Source: an uncultured Ruminococcus sp. (GTDB lineage: Bacteria; Bacillota; Clostridia; Oscillospirales; Acutalibacteraceae). Taken from it: DNA of 42,989 nucleotides. Made by a program: the position numbers and the translations under genes. The notes beneath the pieces are model-generated. The model ran no database searches. It had not been told where the DNA came from and was given only the letters and a program-made list of their open reading frames with translations. Shown here in pieces: positions 17,069 through 25,800 of this stretch (positions are counted from its first letter, which is position 1; the number at the start of each line of letters is the position of its first letter). Location: positions 1 to 42,989 of the forward strand of contig CADCGS010000002.1 of assembly GCA_902801055.1 (NCBI GenBank). Reading direction: 5' to 3'.

Positions 17069-19585
17069 ATGGAATTCAAACGCTTCTTCAAAAAAGCGGC
17101 AGTGCTTGCGCTCAGCACCGCAATGCTCGGCTCAGTATTCTTTGCCGCGCCTGCTGCCGCAGCATCCGCCGTCGGAGACAATTATCCCGTATATCCGGAG
17201 GATATGAGCAATTATGTCTATGACAATGATATGCTTATGCTCGACCCGGACGAAAACAACGGGACTATGAATATCTGCGGATATTACGGAAATGAGCCAT
17301 ACCTCATTATCCCTGAAAGAATAGAGGGCTATGACGTTGTAAGCATCGGCGACAGCGCATTCTTTAACAGTAACATCCGAGGGATAATCATTCCCGAGGG
17401 CGTAAAGGTGATACAAAACCGCGCCTTCAAATACTGCCGCAATCTTGAACAGATCCGGATACCGCAGTCGGTAACAAGCATCGGAGAGGAAGCTTTCCAG
17501 TTCTGCGACAGCCTTGGATCCATTTCGCTGCCGGACAGCATCACAAGCATGGGTGAAGGCGCTTTCTCCTACTGCATCAGCATGAAAAGCTTTACCTTCC
17601 CGGATGGAATGGAGTGTGTGCCTGACCGTGTGCTTGAATTCAATGATTCACTGACCGAAATAAATATGCACTCCTATATCACTGATATCGGTAATTTCGC
17701 TTTCTGGCACAATAAGGAGCTTGAAACCGTAAAGATACCGCCAAGCGTAAAAACTATCGGTGAATCCGCTCTCGCCTGCAATGACAAACTGAAAGAAGTC
17801 AAGCTCCCGCCTGAGCTTGAAACTATACCGAACAGCCTTGTCGCTGAATGTCCTTCACTGGATCACATTAGTATTCCGATGACCGTAAGAGTTATTGAGG
17901 ATTATGCATTTTACCGCTGTCCGTCGCTGAAAAGCCTTACCATGCCGTACAGGACAGAAAAAATCGGGGACTATGCCATCGGCTACGACCAGGGTGAGCC
18001 GGACTGGACAATGAAAACAGTTGACGGCTTCGTCATGCTGGGATATGATTACAACTCAAAGGATTATGCGGATAATAATGATCTGACATTCGATTTCCTC
18101 TCATATGAGGATAGTAATAAGGATTTCGATTACTCTGAAAACTACAGTAATAATACTGCCGTTATAACCGGATATCACGGCGACGAAAAGGATATCGTCA
18201 TCCCGGAAGATATCAGGGGCTATACCATAACAGGTATCGCAGACCGCGCTTTTGAGAACAAGGATATAACCAGTCTGTATGTTCCCGGAACGGTATCATC
18301 TATCGGTGAATTTGCCTTTGCAAATTGCAGCTCTCTTGAAAACGTATACCTTTGTGACGGGATCAGCTCATTGGAAGTATGCTCATTCAGAGACTGCACC
18401 TCCCTCAGAGAAGTCAGGCTTCCTATGACTATGACCGACTGGAACAGCGAACACGGCGGCGGTCAGTTTATGGGCTGTACATCTCTTGAAAAAATAATTA
18501 TCCCGAAAAAGCTAACATGGGTCGGTCCTTCTGCTTTTGAAGGATGCACTGCTCTGAGCAAAATAACCTTCCCCGAAAGGCTTGACGGCATCGGAAACGC
18601 CGCATTCAATAATACAGCATGGCTGGATTCTCAGCCGGATGGTGCTGTATACATCGGCAGTACTCTTTACACCTATAAACAATTCTATCCTTCCGAAAGT
18701 ACAGTTACCGTTAAAGACGGAACAAAATATATTGCAGTCACTGCCTTTATGAATAATAAAGAAATAACATCAGTAATACTTCCGCAGGGACTTGAAAGCA
18801 TTGATATGAGGGCTTTCTTCAACTGCCGCAATCTCTTTTCCGTAACGATTCCCGAATCTGTCACCAATATCCGAGCCGAGGCATTAGGCTGGAATACAGA
18901 GCTGTACGGAAACGGGTTTGAACCCTTCGTCAGAACGGAGGGCTTTACGATCATCGGCAAATCCGGCACTGCGGCAGAGAAATATGCCAAGGATAACGGA
19001 TTCATATTCTATGACCCTGACAAGCCGCTTGCAAATAAATCCTCTGTCAGCTCCACAGATGTAACTCTCGGCGAGACCGTAACGCTCAATGCAGCTGCCG
19101 AGGGAGGAAAACCGGAATATACCTATGCCCTGATGTATAAGAAATCCTCCTCCTCTGCATGGACAAAGATCGGTACAAAATACGGCACGGCTTCGACAGG
19201 CTCCTTCAAGCCCGGAAAAGCTGTCCCCTATGACGTTATGATAAACGTAAAGGACAGCACGGGAAAGATCAAATCAAAGACGTTCCGTATCAATATAACC
19301 GCTCCGCTGAAAAATACCTCAGCCGTTTCCGCAGAAACCGTAAGGGTCGGCGAAAAGGTAACGCTCATCGGCTCGGCAACGGGCGGAACAGAACCATATA
19401 CCTATGCTCTTATGTATAAGAAGGCGTCCTCCTCCACATGGACAAAGATCGGCACAAAATACGGCACAGCTTCGACAGGCTCCTTCAAACCCGGCAAGGC
19501 TGTTCCATACGATATAAGGATCAACGTCAAGGACAGCAAGGGCAGGATAAAATCCAGGTCATTCACGCTTAACGTAACAAACTGA
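17069..19585 (+). CDS. Secreted BspA-type leucine-rich-repeat (LRR_5-like) surface protein with two C-terminal Y_Y_Y-like domains
   Basis: AAGGAGG RBS; signal peptide MEFKRFFKKAAVLALSTAMLGSVFFAAPAAAASA; many IPxxVxxIGxxAFxxCxxL repeats. Confidence 0.85.
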   Translation: MEFKRFFKKAAVLALSTAMLGSVFFAAPAAAASAVGDNYPVYPEDMSNYVYDNDMLMLDPDENNGTMNICGYYGNEPYLIIPERIEGYDVVSIGDSAFFNSNIRGIIIPEGVKVIQNRAFKYCRNLEQIRIPQSVTSIGEEAFQFCDSLGSISLPDSITSMGEGAFSYCISMKSFTFPDGMECVPDRVLEFNDSLTEINMHSYITDIGNFAFWHNKELETVKIPPSVKTIGESALACNDKLKEVKLPPELETIPNSLVAECPSLDHISIPMTVRVIEDYAFYRCPSLKSLTMPYRTEKIGDYAIGYDQGEPDWTMKTVDGFVMLGYDYNSKDYADNNDLTFDFLSYEDSNKDFDYSENYSNNTAVITGYHGDEKDIVIPEDIRGYTITGIADRAFENKDITSLYVPGTVSSIGEFAFANCSSLENVYLCDGISSLEVCSFRDCTSLREVRLPMTMTDWNSEHGGGQFMGCTSLEKIIIPKKLTWVGPSAFEGCTALSKITFPERLDGIGNAAFNNTAWLDSQPDGAVYIGSTLYTYKQFYPSESTVTVKDGTKYIAVTAFMNNKEITSVILPQGLESIDMRAFFNCRNLFSVTIPESVTNIRAEALGWNTELYGNGFEPFVRTEGFTIIGKSGTAAEKYAKDNGFIFYDPDKPLANKSSVSSTDVTLGETVTLNAAAEGGKPEYTYALMYKKSSSSAWTKIGTKYGTASTGSFKPGKAVPYDVMINVKDSTGKIKSKTFRINITAPLKNTSAVSAETVRVGEKVTLIGSATGGTEPYTYALMYKKASSSTWTKIGTKYGTASTGSFKPGKAVPYDIRINVKDSKGRIKSRSFTLNVTN
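19028..19582 (+). repeat. Two tandem units of about 275 nt encoding Y_Y_Y-like domains, paralogous to 16320-16874
   Basis: See 16320-16874. Confidence 0.8.
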
Positions 19586-19674
19586 GCGCCTCAATGCCGC
19601 CGGCAGAGACGAAATATTAACTACATTATCATCTTTAAACTGTGAAACATACTTCATTATAACTAAATATTCTA

Positions 19675-19711
19675 AAAAACCCCGACGAATATTGAAATTG
19701 TCGGGGTTTTA
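19675..19711 (+). terminator. Rho-independent terminator
   Basis: aaaaaccccgac ... gtcggggtttta. Confidence 0.75.
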
Positions 19712-19789
19712 TTATATAATAGGAGCGGATATCAATATAATATAATAATGACCATTCAGCAGATTTTGTATATTGAAAAGGGTGTTTTT

Positions 19790-21175
19790 ATGGTAAAGAA
19801 ATATGAGCATTTGCTCGATAATGTAAGACGTATCCATTTTGTTGGTATCGGCGGCTCGGGTATGTGCCCGCTCGCTGAGATACTTCATAATGAAGGCTTT
19901 GAAATAACCGGCTCCGATGTGGCTGAATCCGATACCCTCGCCCGCATCAGAAGCTATGGCATACCTGTTAAAATGGGACATTTCCCGGAAAATGTGCTCG
20001 GAGTAGATCTCGTTGTCTATACCGCGGCTGTCAAGCTCGATAATCCTTAGCTTGTCTCTGCTAATGAACATAATATCCCGTCTGTTGAACGCTGTATAAT
20101 GCTCGGCGCAGTCGTAGAAAAATATAAAAGATCTGTCGCCGTATGCGGTACCCACGGCAAAACAACTACTACCTCCATGCTTACTCAGATATTTACAATG
20201 TCTGACTGCGACCCGACGGCTATCATCGGCGCAAAGCTCCCCTTTATCGGCGGAAACAGCCGTGTCGGCAAGTCGGATATAATCGTATGTGAGGCCTGTG
20301 AATATGTCGATACCTTCCTCCACCTCTGGCCGGCAGTTACCGTTATCCTTAACGTAGACGAGGATCACCTCGATTATTTCGGTACCCTCGACCGCATAAA
20401 GCAGTCCTTTACCCAGTTTGCGGATCAGACCTCGGATACCCTCGTCGTAAACGGCGATGATGAAAATACTATGTTCTGCGTGAAGGATATGCCTGCAAAG
20501 GGCAAGAAGGTCATTACCTTCGGCTTCGGAGAACAAAACGATTTCCGCGCAAATATCCTCGATAAAACAGATGTCTGCGAAAGCTTTGAGCTTATTCATC
20601 AGGGAAAGGTGCTTGCAACAGTAAAGCTCAGCGTACCTGGCAGCTTTAATGTAATGAATGCCCTTGCAGCAGCTGCGGCAGCTGTCACACTCGGAGTTTC
20701 TCCCGATGATGCGGCAAAGGCTCTTGCTGAATTCCACGGCGCTCACCGCCGCTTTGAGATCCTCGGCAAGCCCCAGGGGATCACTGTTGCTGATGATTTT
20801 GCTCATCACCCGACAGAGCTGCGCGCTACACTCAATACTGCAATGTCTATGGGCTACAATAATGTCTGGGCTATATTCCAGCCCCATACCTTTTCCAGGA
20901 CATATACCTTCCTCAACGAATTTGCAGAGGTGCTGTCCATAGCCGACCACTGTATCCTTTCCGAGATACTACCCGTAAGAGAAAAGAATACATGGAATAT
21001 CTATTCAAAGGATCTCGCGGAAAAGATAGACGGCTGCGTCTGGTTCAAGACCTTTGAGGAGATCGCTGATTATGTTATCACCAAGGCAAAGCCGGGCGAC
21101 CTCATTATCACTATAGGCGGCGGAAATATCTATATGTGTGCCAATATGATAATGGATAAGCTTACCGGGGAATGA
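19790..21175 (+). pseudogene. murC: UDP-N-acetylmuramate--L-alanine ligase MurC, interrupted by a single in-frame TAG
   Basis: ORF 19748-20050 (IHFVGIGGSGMCPLAEIL...VVYTAAVKLDNP*) and ORF 20099-21175 (GTHGKTTTTSM...DDFAHHPTE...) are in the same frame. The TAG at 20048-20050 aligns with the Glu of the E. coli [14 protein letters not shown] motif, as recalled from memory. Confidence 0.85.
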
Positions 21176-21201
21176 AAAAATGACAAGGCAGGGACGTATC
21201 A

Positions 21202-22014
21202 TTGGATAAAAGACTAAAGCTTTACGGATTCAATAATCTCACAAAAACACTCAGCTTCAATATATATGATGTATGCTATGCAAAAACCGAACGCGAGCAG
21301 AAGGATTATATCGCCTATATAGACGAGCAGTATAATTCCGAAAGACTGACCAATATACTTTGCCGCGTAACGGAAATGATCGGCGCGACTGTGCTGAATA
21401 TTTCAAAGCAGGATTACGACCCGCAGGGAGCAAGCGTTACTCTGCTCATCTCCGAAAAGGGTCTGCCTGAGGAAATCGACCCCTCCTGCAATCTCGGAGG
21501 AGATCTTCTCGCAAGGAACAGGGAGACAATTGCCGCTCATCTGGATAAAAGCCATGTCACCGTCCATACCTATCCTGAATATCACCCGGGAAATGCTATC
21601 GCAACCTTCCGTGTGGATATAGACGTTTCCACCTGCGGCACAATATCTCCGCTCAATACTCTCGATCTTCTTATCGACAGCTTTGATTCCGATATCATCA
21701 CCATAGATTACCGTGTACGCGGCTTTACAAGAAATACCGACGGAAAAAAGCTTTTCATCGACCACAAGATAACCTCGATACAGGATTATATCAAGGACGA
21801 GACTCTGCGCAGATATGACACTGTTGATATCAATGTATATCAGGCGAATATCTTCCATACACAGATGCTCATAAAGGAGCTTGAGCTGCAGAATTATCTT
21901 TTCAAGACCGATGTATATGAGATACCCCCGAAGGAAAGACTGGCTATCTCCAACAGCCTGCGGCGGGAAATGATAGAGATATTCAGCGGCACTAATGTTT
22001 ATAATGAGGACTGA
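21202..22014 (+). CDS. speD: S-adenosylmethionine decarboxylase proenzyme (E. coli SpeD type)
   Basis: (M)DKRLKLYGFNNLTKTLSFNIYDVCYAKT...YIAYIDEQYNSERLTNIL closely parallels the E. coli SpeD N-terminus. The apparent start is TTG. Confidence 0.85.
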   Translation: MDKRLKLYGFNNLTKTLSFNIYDVCYAKTEREQKDYIAYIDEQYNSERLTNILCRVTEMIGATVLNISKQDYDPQGASVTLLISEKGLPEEIDPSCNLGGDLLARNRETIAAHLDKSHVTVHTYPEYHPGNAIATFRVDIDVSTCGTISPLNTLDLLIDSFDSDIITIDYRVRGFTRNTDGKKLFIDHKITSIQDYIKDETLRRYDTVDINVYQANIFHTQMLIKELELQNYLFKTDVYEIPPKERLAISNSLRREMIEIFSGTNVYNED

Positions 22015-22017
22015 GAA

Positions 22018-23466
22018 ATGAACCTTTCACAGCAGCGCGCGCCAATTTATGAGGCGCTCAGTGAATACAGAGAAAACAGGATAGTCTCATTTGATGTTCC
22101 CGGGCATAAGCAGGGCAAGGGCAATCCGGAGCTGACGGAATTTTTAGGTAAGCAGTGCATGAGCGTTGACGTCAATTCAATGAAGCCGCTCGATAATCTC
22201 TGCCACCCCGTAAGCGTGATCAAGGAAGCCGAGGAGCTTATGGCTGACGCTTTCGGCGCGGCTCATGCCTTTTTTATGGTAAACGGCACATCAAGCGCAG
22301 TTCAGGCTATGGTCATGAGCGTATGCAAGCGCGGAGACAAAATAATAATGCCCAGGAATGTCCACCGCAGCAGTATTAATGCATTGATAGTCTGCGGTGC
22401 TGTTCCTGTATATGTAGACCCGGGCGTCAATAAGCGTCTCGGTATACCGCTTGGTATGTCAGTTGCCTCGGTAAAGCGCGCTATTGCGGAAAATCCCGAT
22501 GCAAAGGCTATAATCGTAAACAATCCGACATATTACGGAGTATGCTCCAATCTTCGTGAGATAGTAAAGATTGCCCACGAAGCGGGAATGAAGGTGCTGG
22601 TGGATGAAGCCCACGGCACGCATTTTTATTTCGGTGATTATATGCCGCTGTCCGCGATGAGCGTAGGCGCGGATATGGCGGCTGTAAGTATGCATAAAAC
22701 AGGCGGTTCGCTGACGCAAAGCTCCGCCCTGCTTCTCGGGAAGGATATCAACCCGGGATATGTGCGCCAGATAATCAACCTTACCCAGACGACAAGCGCA
22801 TCCTATCTCCTTCTTTCCTCGGTGGATATCGCAAGGAGAAATCTCGCCCTGAACGGCAGGAAAATATTTGAGACAGTGACCTCCCTTGCGTCATACGGCA
22901 TAAAGGAAATAAACAAGCTCGGCGGGCTGTATGCCTTTTCACGCGAGCTTATCAACGGGGACGATATATTCGACTTTGACCCGACAAAAATATCGGTACA
23001 CACAAGGGATATCGGTCTTGCCGGTATCGAGGTCTATGATATACTTCGCGACCGCTTTGACATACAGATAGAATTCGGAGATATAGGCAATATCCTTGCC
23101 ATCGTCTCCGTCGGGGACAGGATACTGAATGTTGAGCGCCTTATCTCGGCGCTGTATGAGATAAAGAGGCTTTACACCCGCGACCCGGCAGGTATGCTCG
23201 ACCATGAATACATTGAACCGCACGTTATATGCTCGCCGCAGGAGGCATTCTATTCCGAAAAGAAGCAGCTCCCGCTTGACGATACCCTCGGCAAGGTCTG
23301 CGCGGAATTTGTTATGTGCTATCCGCCGGGAATACCGATACTTGCCCCCGGAGAGCTTATCACAAAGGACGCCCTCGAATACATAAAATACGCAAAGGCA
23401 AAGGGCTGCAACCTGCTCGGCGCCGAGGACATGAACACGGACAAAATAAACGTGACGGTTCAGTAA
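22018..23466 (+). CDS. speA: PLP-dependent Orn/Lys/Arg decarboxylase, B. subtilis SpeA-like arginine decarboxylase
   Basis: FDVPGHKQGKGNPEL...NGTSSAVQAMVMSVCKRGDKIIMPRNVHRS...SMHKTGGSLTQSS... matches B. subtilis SpeA as recalled from memory. Confidence 0.8.
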   Translation: MNLSQQRAPIYEALSEYRENRIVSFDVPGHKQGKGNPELTEFLGKQCMSVDVNSMKPLDNLCHPVSVIKEAEELMADAFGAAHAFFMVNGTSSAVQAMVMSVCKRGDKIIMPRNVHRSSINALIVCGAVPVYVDPGVNKRLGIPLGMSVASVKRAIAENPDAKAIIVNNPTYYGVCSNLREIVKIAHEAGMKVLVDEAHGTHFYFGDYMPLSAMSVGADMAAVSMHKTGGSLTQSSALLLGKDINPGYVRQIINLTQTTSASYLLLSSVDIARRNLALNGRKIFETVTSLASYGIKEINKLGGLYAFSRELINGDDIFDFDPTKISVHTRDIGLAGIEVYDILRDRFDIQIEFGDIGNILAIVSVGDRILNVERLISALYEIKRLYTRDPAGMLDHEYIEPHVICSPQEAFYSEKKQLPLDDTLGKVCAEFVMCYPPGIPILAPGELITKDALEYIKYAKAKGCNLLGAEDMNTDKINVTVQ

Positions 23467-23554
23467 TGCATAATTATTACCTGCCGGTGTTTCTGAAGAA
23501 ACACGCTGATAATATCAATAAAAAAAAATAATTTCCGCTGTGGAGAACTCGATT

Positions 23555-23588
23555 CATTATGCATTATGCATTATGAATTATGAATTAA
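23555..23588. repeat. Tandem heptamer array (CATTATG x3, AATTATG, AATTAA); left arm of an inverted repeat bracketing speE
   Basis: Its reverse complement matches 24461-24494 at 31 of 34 positions (by eye). Confidence 0.85.
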
Positions 23589-23603
23589 AAAGGGGGTCAT
23601 GCT

Positions 23604-24464
23604 ATGGAAATGTGGTACACCGAGGAACAGACCAAGAATGTCCGTTTCTCTATACGGTGCGACAAACAAAAATATTCGGCTCAGTCGGAATTTCAGAGGA
23701 TAGAGATATTCAGTACTCCGGAATTCGGCGATGTGCTTGTTCTTGATGACCGTATCATGCTCACAACAAAGGACGAATTCATCTATCATGAAATGATCGC
23801 CCATGTTCCGATGGCAACTAATCCGCAGATAAAGAACGTCCTCGTTATAGGCGCGGGCGACGGCGGTACTGTCAAGGAACTGACAAAGTATGATACTATA
23901 GAAAATATTGATATGGTCGAGATCGACAGAATGGTAGTGGACGCCTGCAAGCAGTATCTTCCCACCGTTGCCTGCCGTCTTTCCGACCCGAGAGTGCATA
24001 TCCATATAGACGACGGTCTGCGCTTCGTGCGCTCCGTCGAAAATAAATATGATCTTATTATCGTCGATTCTACCGACCCGATAGGTCCGGGCGAGGGACT
24101 TTTCACTACCGAATTCTACGGAAACTGCTACAAGGCGCTGAACGAAAACGGTATACTTGTCAATCAGCATGAAAGCCCCTTCTACAAGACCTATTCCAAG
24201 GCTATGCGTCTGGCTCATAAAAAGATAGTGGAATTCTTCCCGATATGCAAGGTATATCAGGCTCATATCCCCACCTACCCGTCGGGACACTGGCTGTTCG
24301 GCTTCGCATCAAAAAAATATCACCCCACTCATGATCTTGACGAGGGGGCATGGAACAGATTAAGCATCGACACGCAATACTATAATACACGTCTTCATCT
24401 CGGCAGCTTTGCACTCCCTACCTATGTCACAAAGCAGCTTATGGAAGGCGAATACCATAATTAA
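23604..24464 (+). CDS. speE: Spermidine synthase (polyamine aminopropyltransferase)
   Basis: MEMWYTEEQT...VLVLDDRIMLTTKDEFIYHEM...VLVIGAGDGGTVKEL...IIVDSTDPIGPGEGLF. Confidence 0.9.
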   Translation: MEMWYTEEQTKNVRFSIRCDKQKYSAQSEFQRIEIFSTPEFGDVLVLDDRIMLTTKDEFIYHEMIAHVPMATNPQIKNVLVIGAGDGGTVKELTKYDTIENIDMVEIDRMVVDACKQYLPTVACRLSDPRVHIHIDDGLRFVRSVENKYDLIIVDSTDPIGPGEGLFTTEFYGNCYKALNENGILVNQHESPFYKTYSKAMRLAHKKIVEFFPICKVYQAHIPTYPSGHWLFGFASKKYHPTHDLDEGAWNRLSIDTQYYNTRLHLGSFALPTYVTKQLMEGEYHN

Positions 24465-24494
24465 TTCATAATGCATAATTCATAATGCATAATT
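24456..24494. repeat. Tandem heptamer array (CATAATT/CATAATG units); right arm of the inverted repeat bracketing speE
   Basis: It overlaps the last codons and stop of speE and is complementary to 23555-23588. Confidence 0.85.
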
Positions 24495-24518
24495 ATTTAT
24501 AAAACGGAGGTAATAACA

Positions 24519-25718
24519 ATGGGAAAGGCATTAATCATCGGTGCCGGCGGCGTTGCAAGCGTATGTATACATAAATGCTGCCAGAATTCCGAAGTATTTG
24601 AAGAGATATGTATCGCAAGCAGGACGAAATCCAAATGCGATGCACTGAAGGCTAAGCTTGACGGCGGAAAGACTAAGATCTCCACGGCACAGGTCAATGC
24701 AGACAATGTTGACGAGCTTATCGCTCTTATCAATGATTTCAATCCGGATGTTGTCATCAATCTCGCTCTGCCGTATCAGGATCTTACGATCATGGACGCC
24801 TGCCTCGCTACAAAAACAAACTATGTCGATACGGCTAACTATGAGCCGCTTGATACCGCAAAGTTTGAATACAGCTGGCAGTGGGCTTACCGCGAGCGTT
24901 TCGAGAAGGCAGGCATCACCGCTCTGCTCGGCAGCGGCTTTGACCCGGGCGTTACCGGAGTTTTCAGCGCATATGCCATGAAACACGAATTTGACGAGAT
25001 CAATTATATTGATATCCTCGACTGCAATGCAGGCGACCACGGCTATCCCTTCGCAACAAATTTCAATCCGGAGATCAATATCCGTGAGGTTTCCGCAAAG
25101 GGCAGCTATATCGAGGACGGCAAATGGGTAGAAACTGAGCCGATGGAGATCAAGAGAGTATATAATTTCCCCGAGATAGGCGAAAAGGATATGTACCTTC
25201 TCCATCACGAGGAGCTTGAATCCCTTGCTCTCAATATCAAGGGCATCAAGCGCATACGCTTCTTCATGACATTCGGGCAGAGCTATCTTACCCATCTGAA
25301 ATGTCTTGAAAATGTCGGAATGACCTCTATCGAGCCTATCGAATTCGAGGGCAAGCAGATCGTTCCGCTGCAGTTCCTGAAGGCTGTTCTCCCCGATCCG
25401 GCTTCACTCGGTCCGAGAACAAAGGGCAAAACCAATATCGGCTGTATCTTCATAGGCAAGAAGGACGGCAAGGACAAGACCTATTATCTTTACAATGTCT
25501 GCGATCATCAGGAATGTTACAAGGAGGTCGGCTCTCAGGCTGTTTCCTATACCACCGGCGTACCGGCAATGATCGGCGCCGCTATGATACTTACAGGCAA
25601 ATGGAACAAGCCCGGCGTACATAATATCGAGGAATTTGATCCCGATCCGTTCATGGATGCTCTGAATAAATTCGGACTTCCGTGGAAGGAAAGCTTCGAT
25701 CCCGAGCTTGTTGAATAA
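24519..25718 (+). CDS. Saccharopine dehydrogenase family protein, carboxynorspermidine dehydrogenase/synthase type
   Basis: 399 aa. MGKALIIGAGGVASVCIHKC... shows a Rossmann motif. The length and polyamine-operon context fit this call. Confidence 0.75.
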   Translation: MGKALIIGAGGVASVCIHKCCQNSEVFEEICIASRTKSKCDALKAKLDGGKTKISTAQVNADNVDELIALINDFNPDVVINLALPYQDLTIMDACLATKTNYVDTANYEPLDTAKFEYSWQWAYRERFEKAGITALLGSGFDPGVTGVFSAYAMKHEFDEINYIDILDCNAGDHGYPFATNFNPEINIREVSAKGSYIEDGKWVETEPMEIKRVYNFPEIGEKDMYLLHHEELESLALNIKGIKRIRFFMTFGQSYLTHLKCLENVGMTSIEPIEFEGKQIVPLQFLKAVLPDPASLGPRTKGKTNIGCIFIGKKDGKDKTYYLYNVCDHQECYKEVGSQAVSYTTGVPAMIGAAMILTGKWNKPGVHNIEEFDPDPFMDALNKFGLPWKESFDPELVE

Positions 25719-25726
25719 TACAATCA

Positions 25727-25765
25727 ATGCTCCGCTTACTTTCATCCGTAAGCGGAGCATTTTTC
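25727..25765 (+). terminator. Rho-independent terminator
   Basis: atgctccgcttac / gtaagcggagcat 13-bp stem followed by tttt. Confidence 0.8.
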
Positions 25766-25800
25766 TGTCTGTATTGATCGTTTCTGTGCAGGCTTGGCTG

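Noticed and set aside
19712-20950. 412-aa ORF on the minus strand. Other long antisense ORFs are similar: 38515-39603, 24531-25295, 26752-27561, 27967-28794, 2047-2823, 1301-1900, 46-615 and 4828-5439.
   Set aside because: Each lies fully antisense to a gene with clear homology (murC, fusA, the carboxynorspermidine dehydrogenase gene, the 1300-aa signalling gene, nif3, rqcH, the CBM protein). Their sequences are Cys/Arg/Ile-rich and not protein-like, and they lack an RBS. They are the usual shadow ORFs produced by codon bias.
23540-23746. 68-aa ORF starting before the heptamer array and overlapping the speE start.
   Set aside because: It is out of frame with and overlaps the well-supported speE. 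It has no RBS, and its sequence is dictated by the repeat.
23555-24494. CRISPR-like array, given the short tandem repeats.
   Set aside because: The units are 7 nt, directly abutting with no spacers, and no cas genes are present. This is not a CRISPR.
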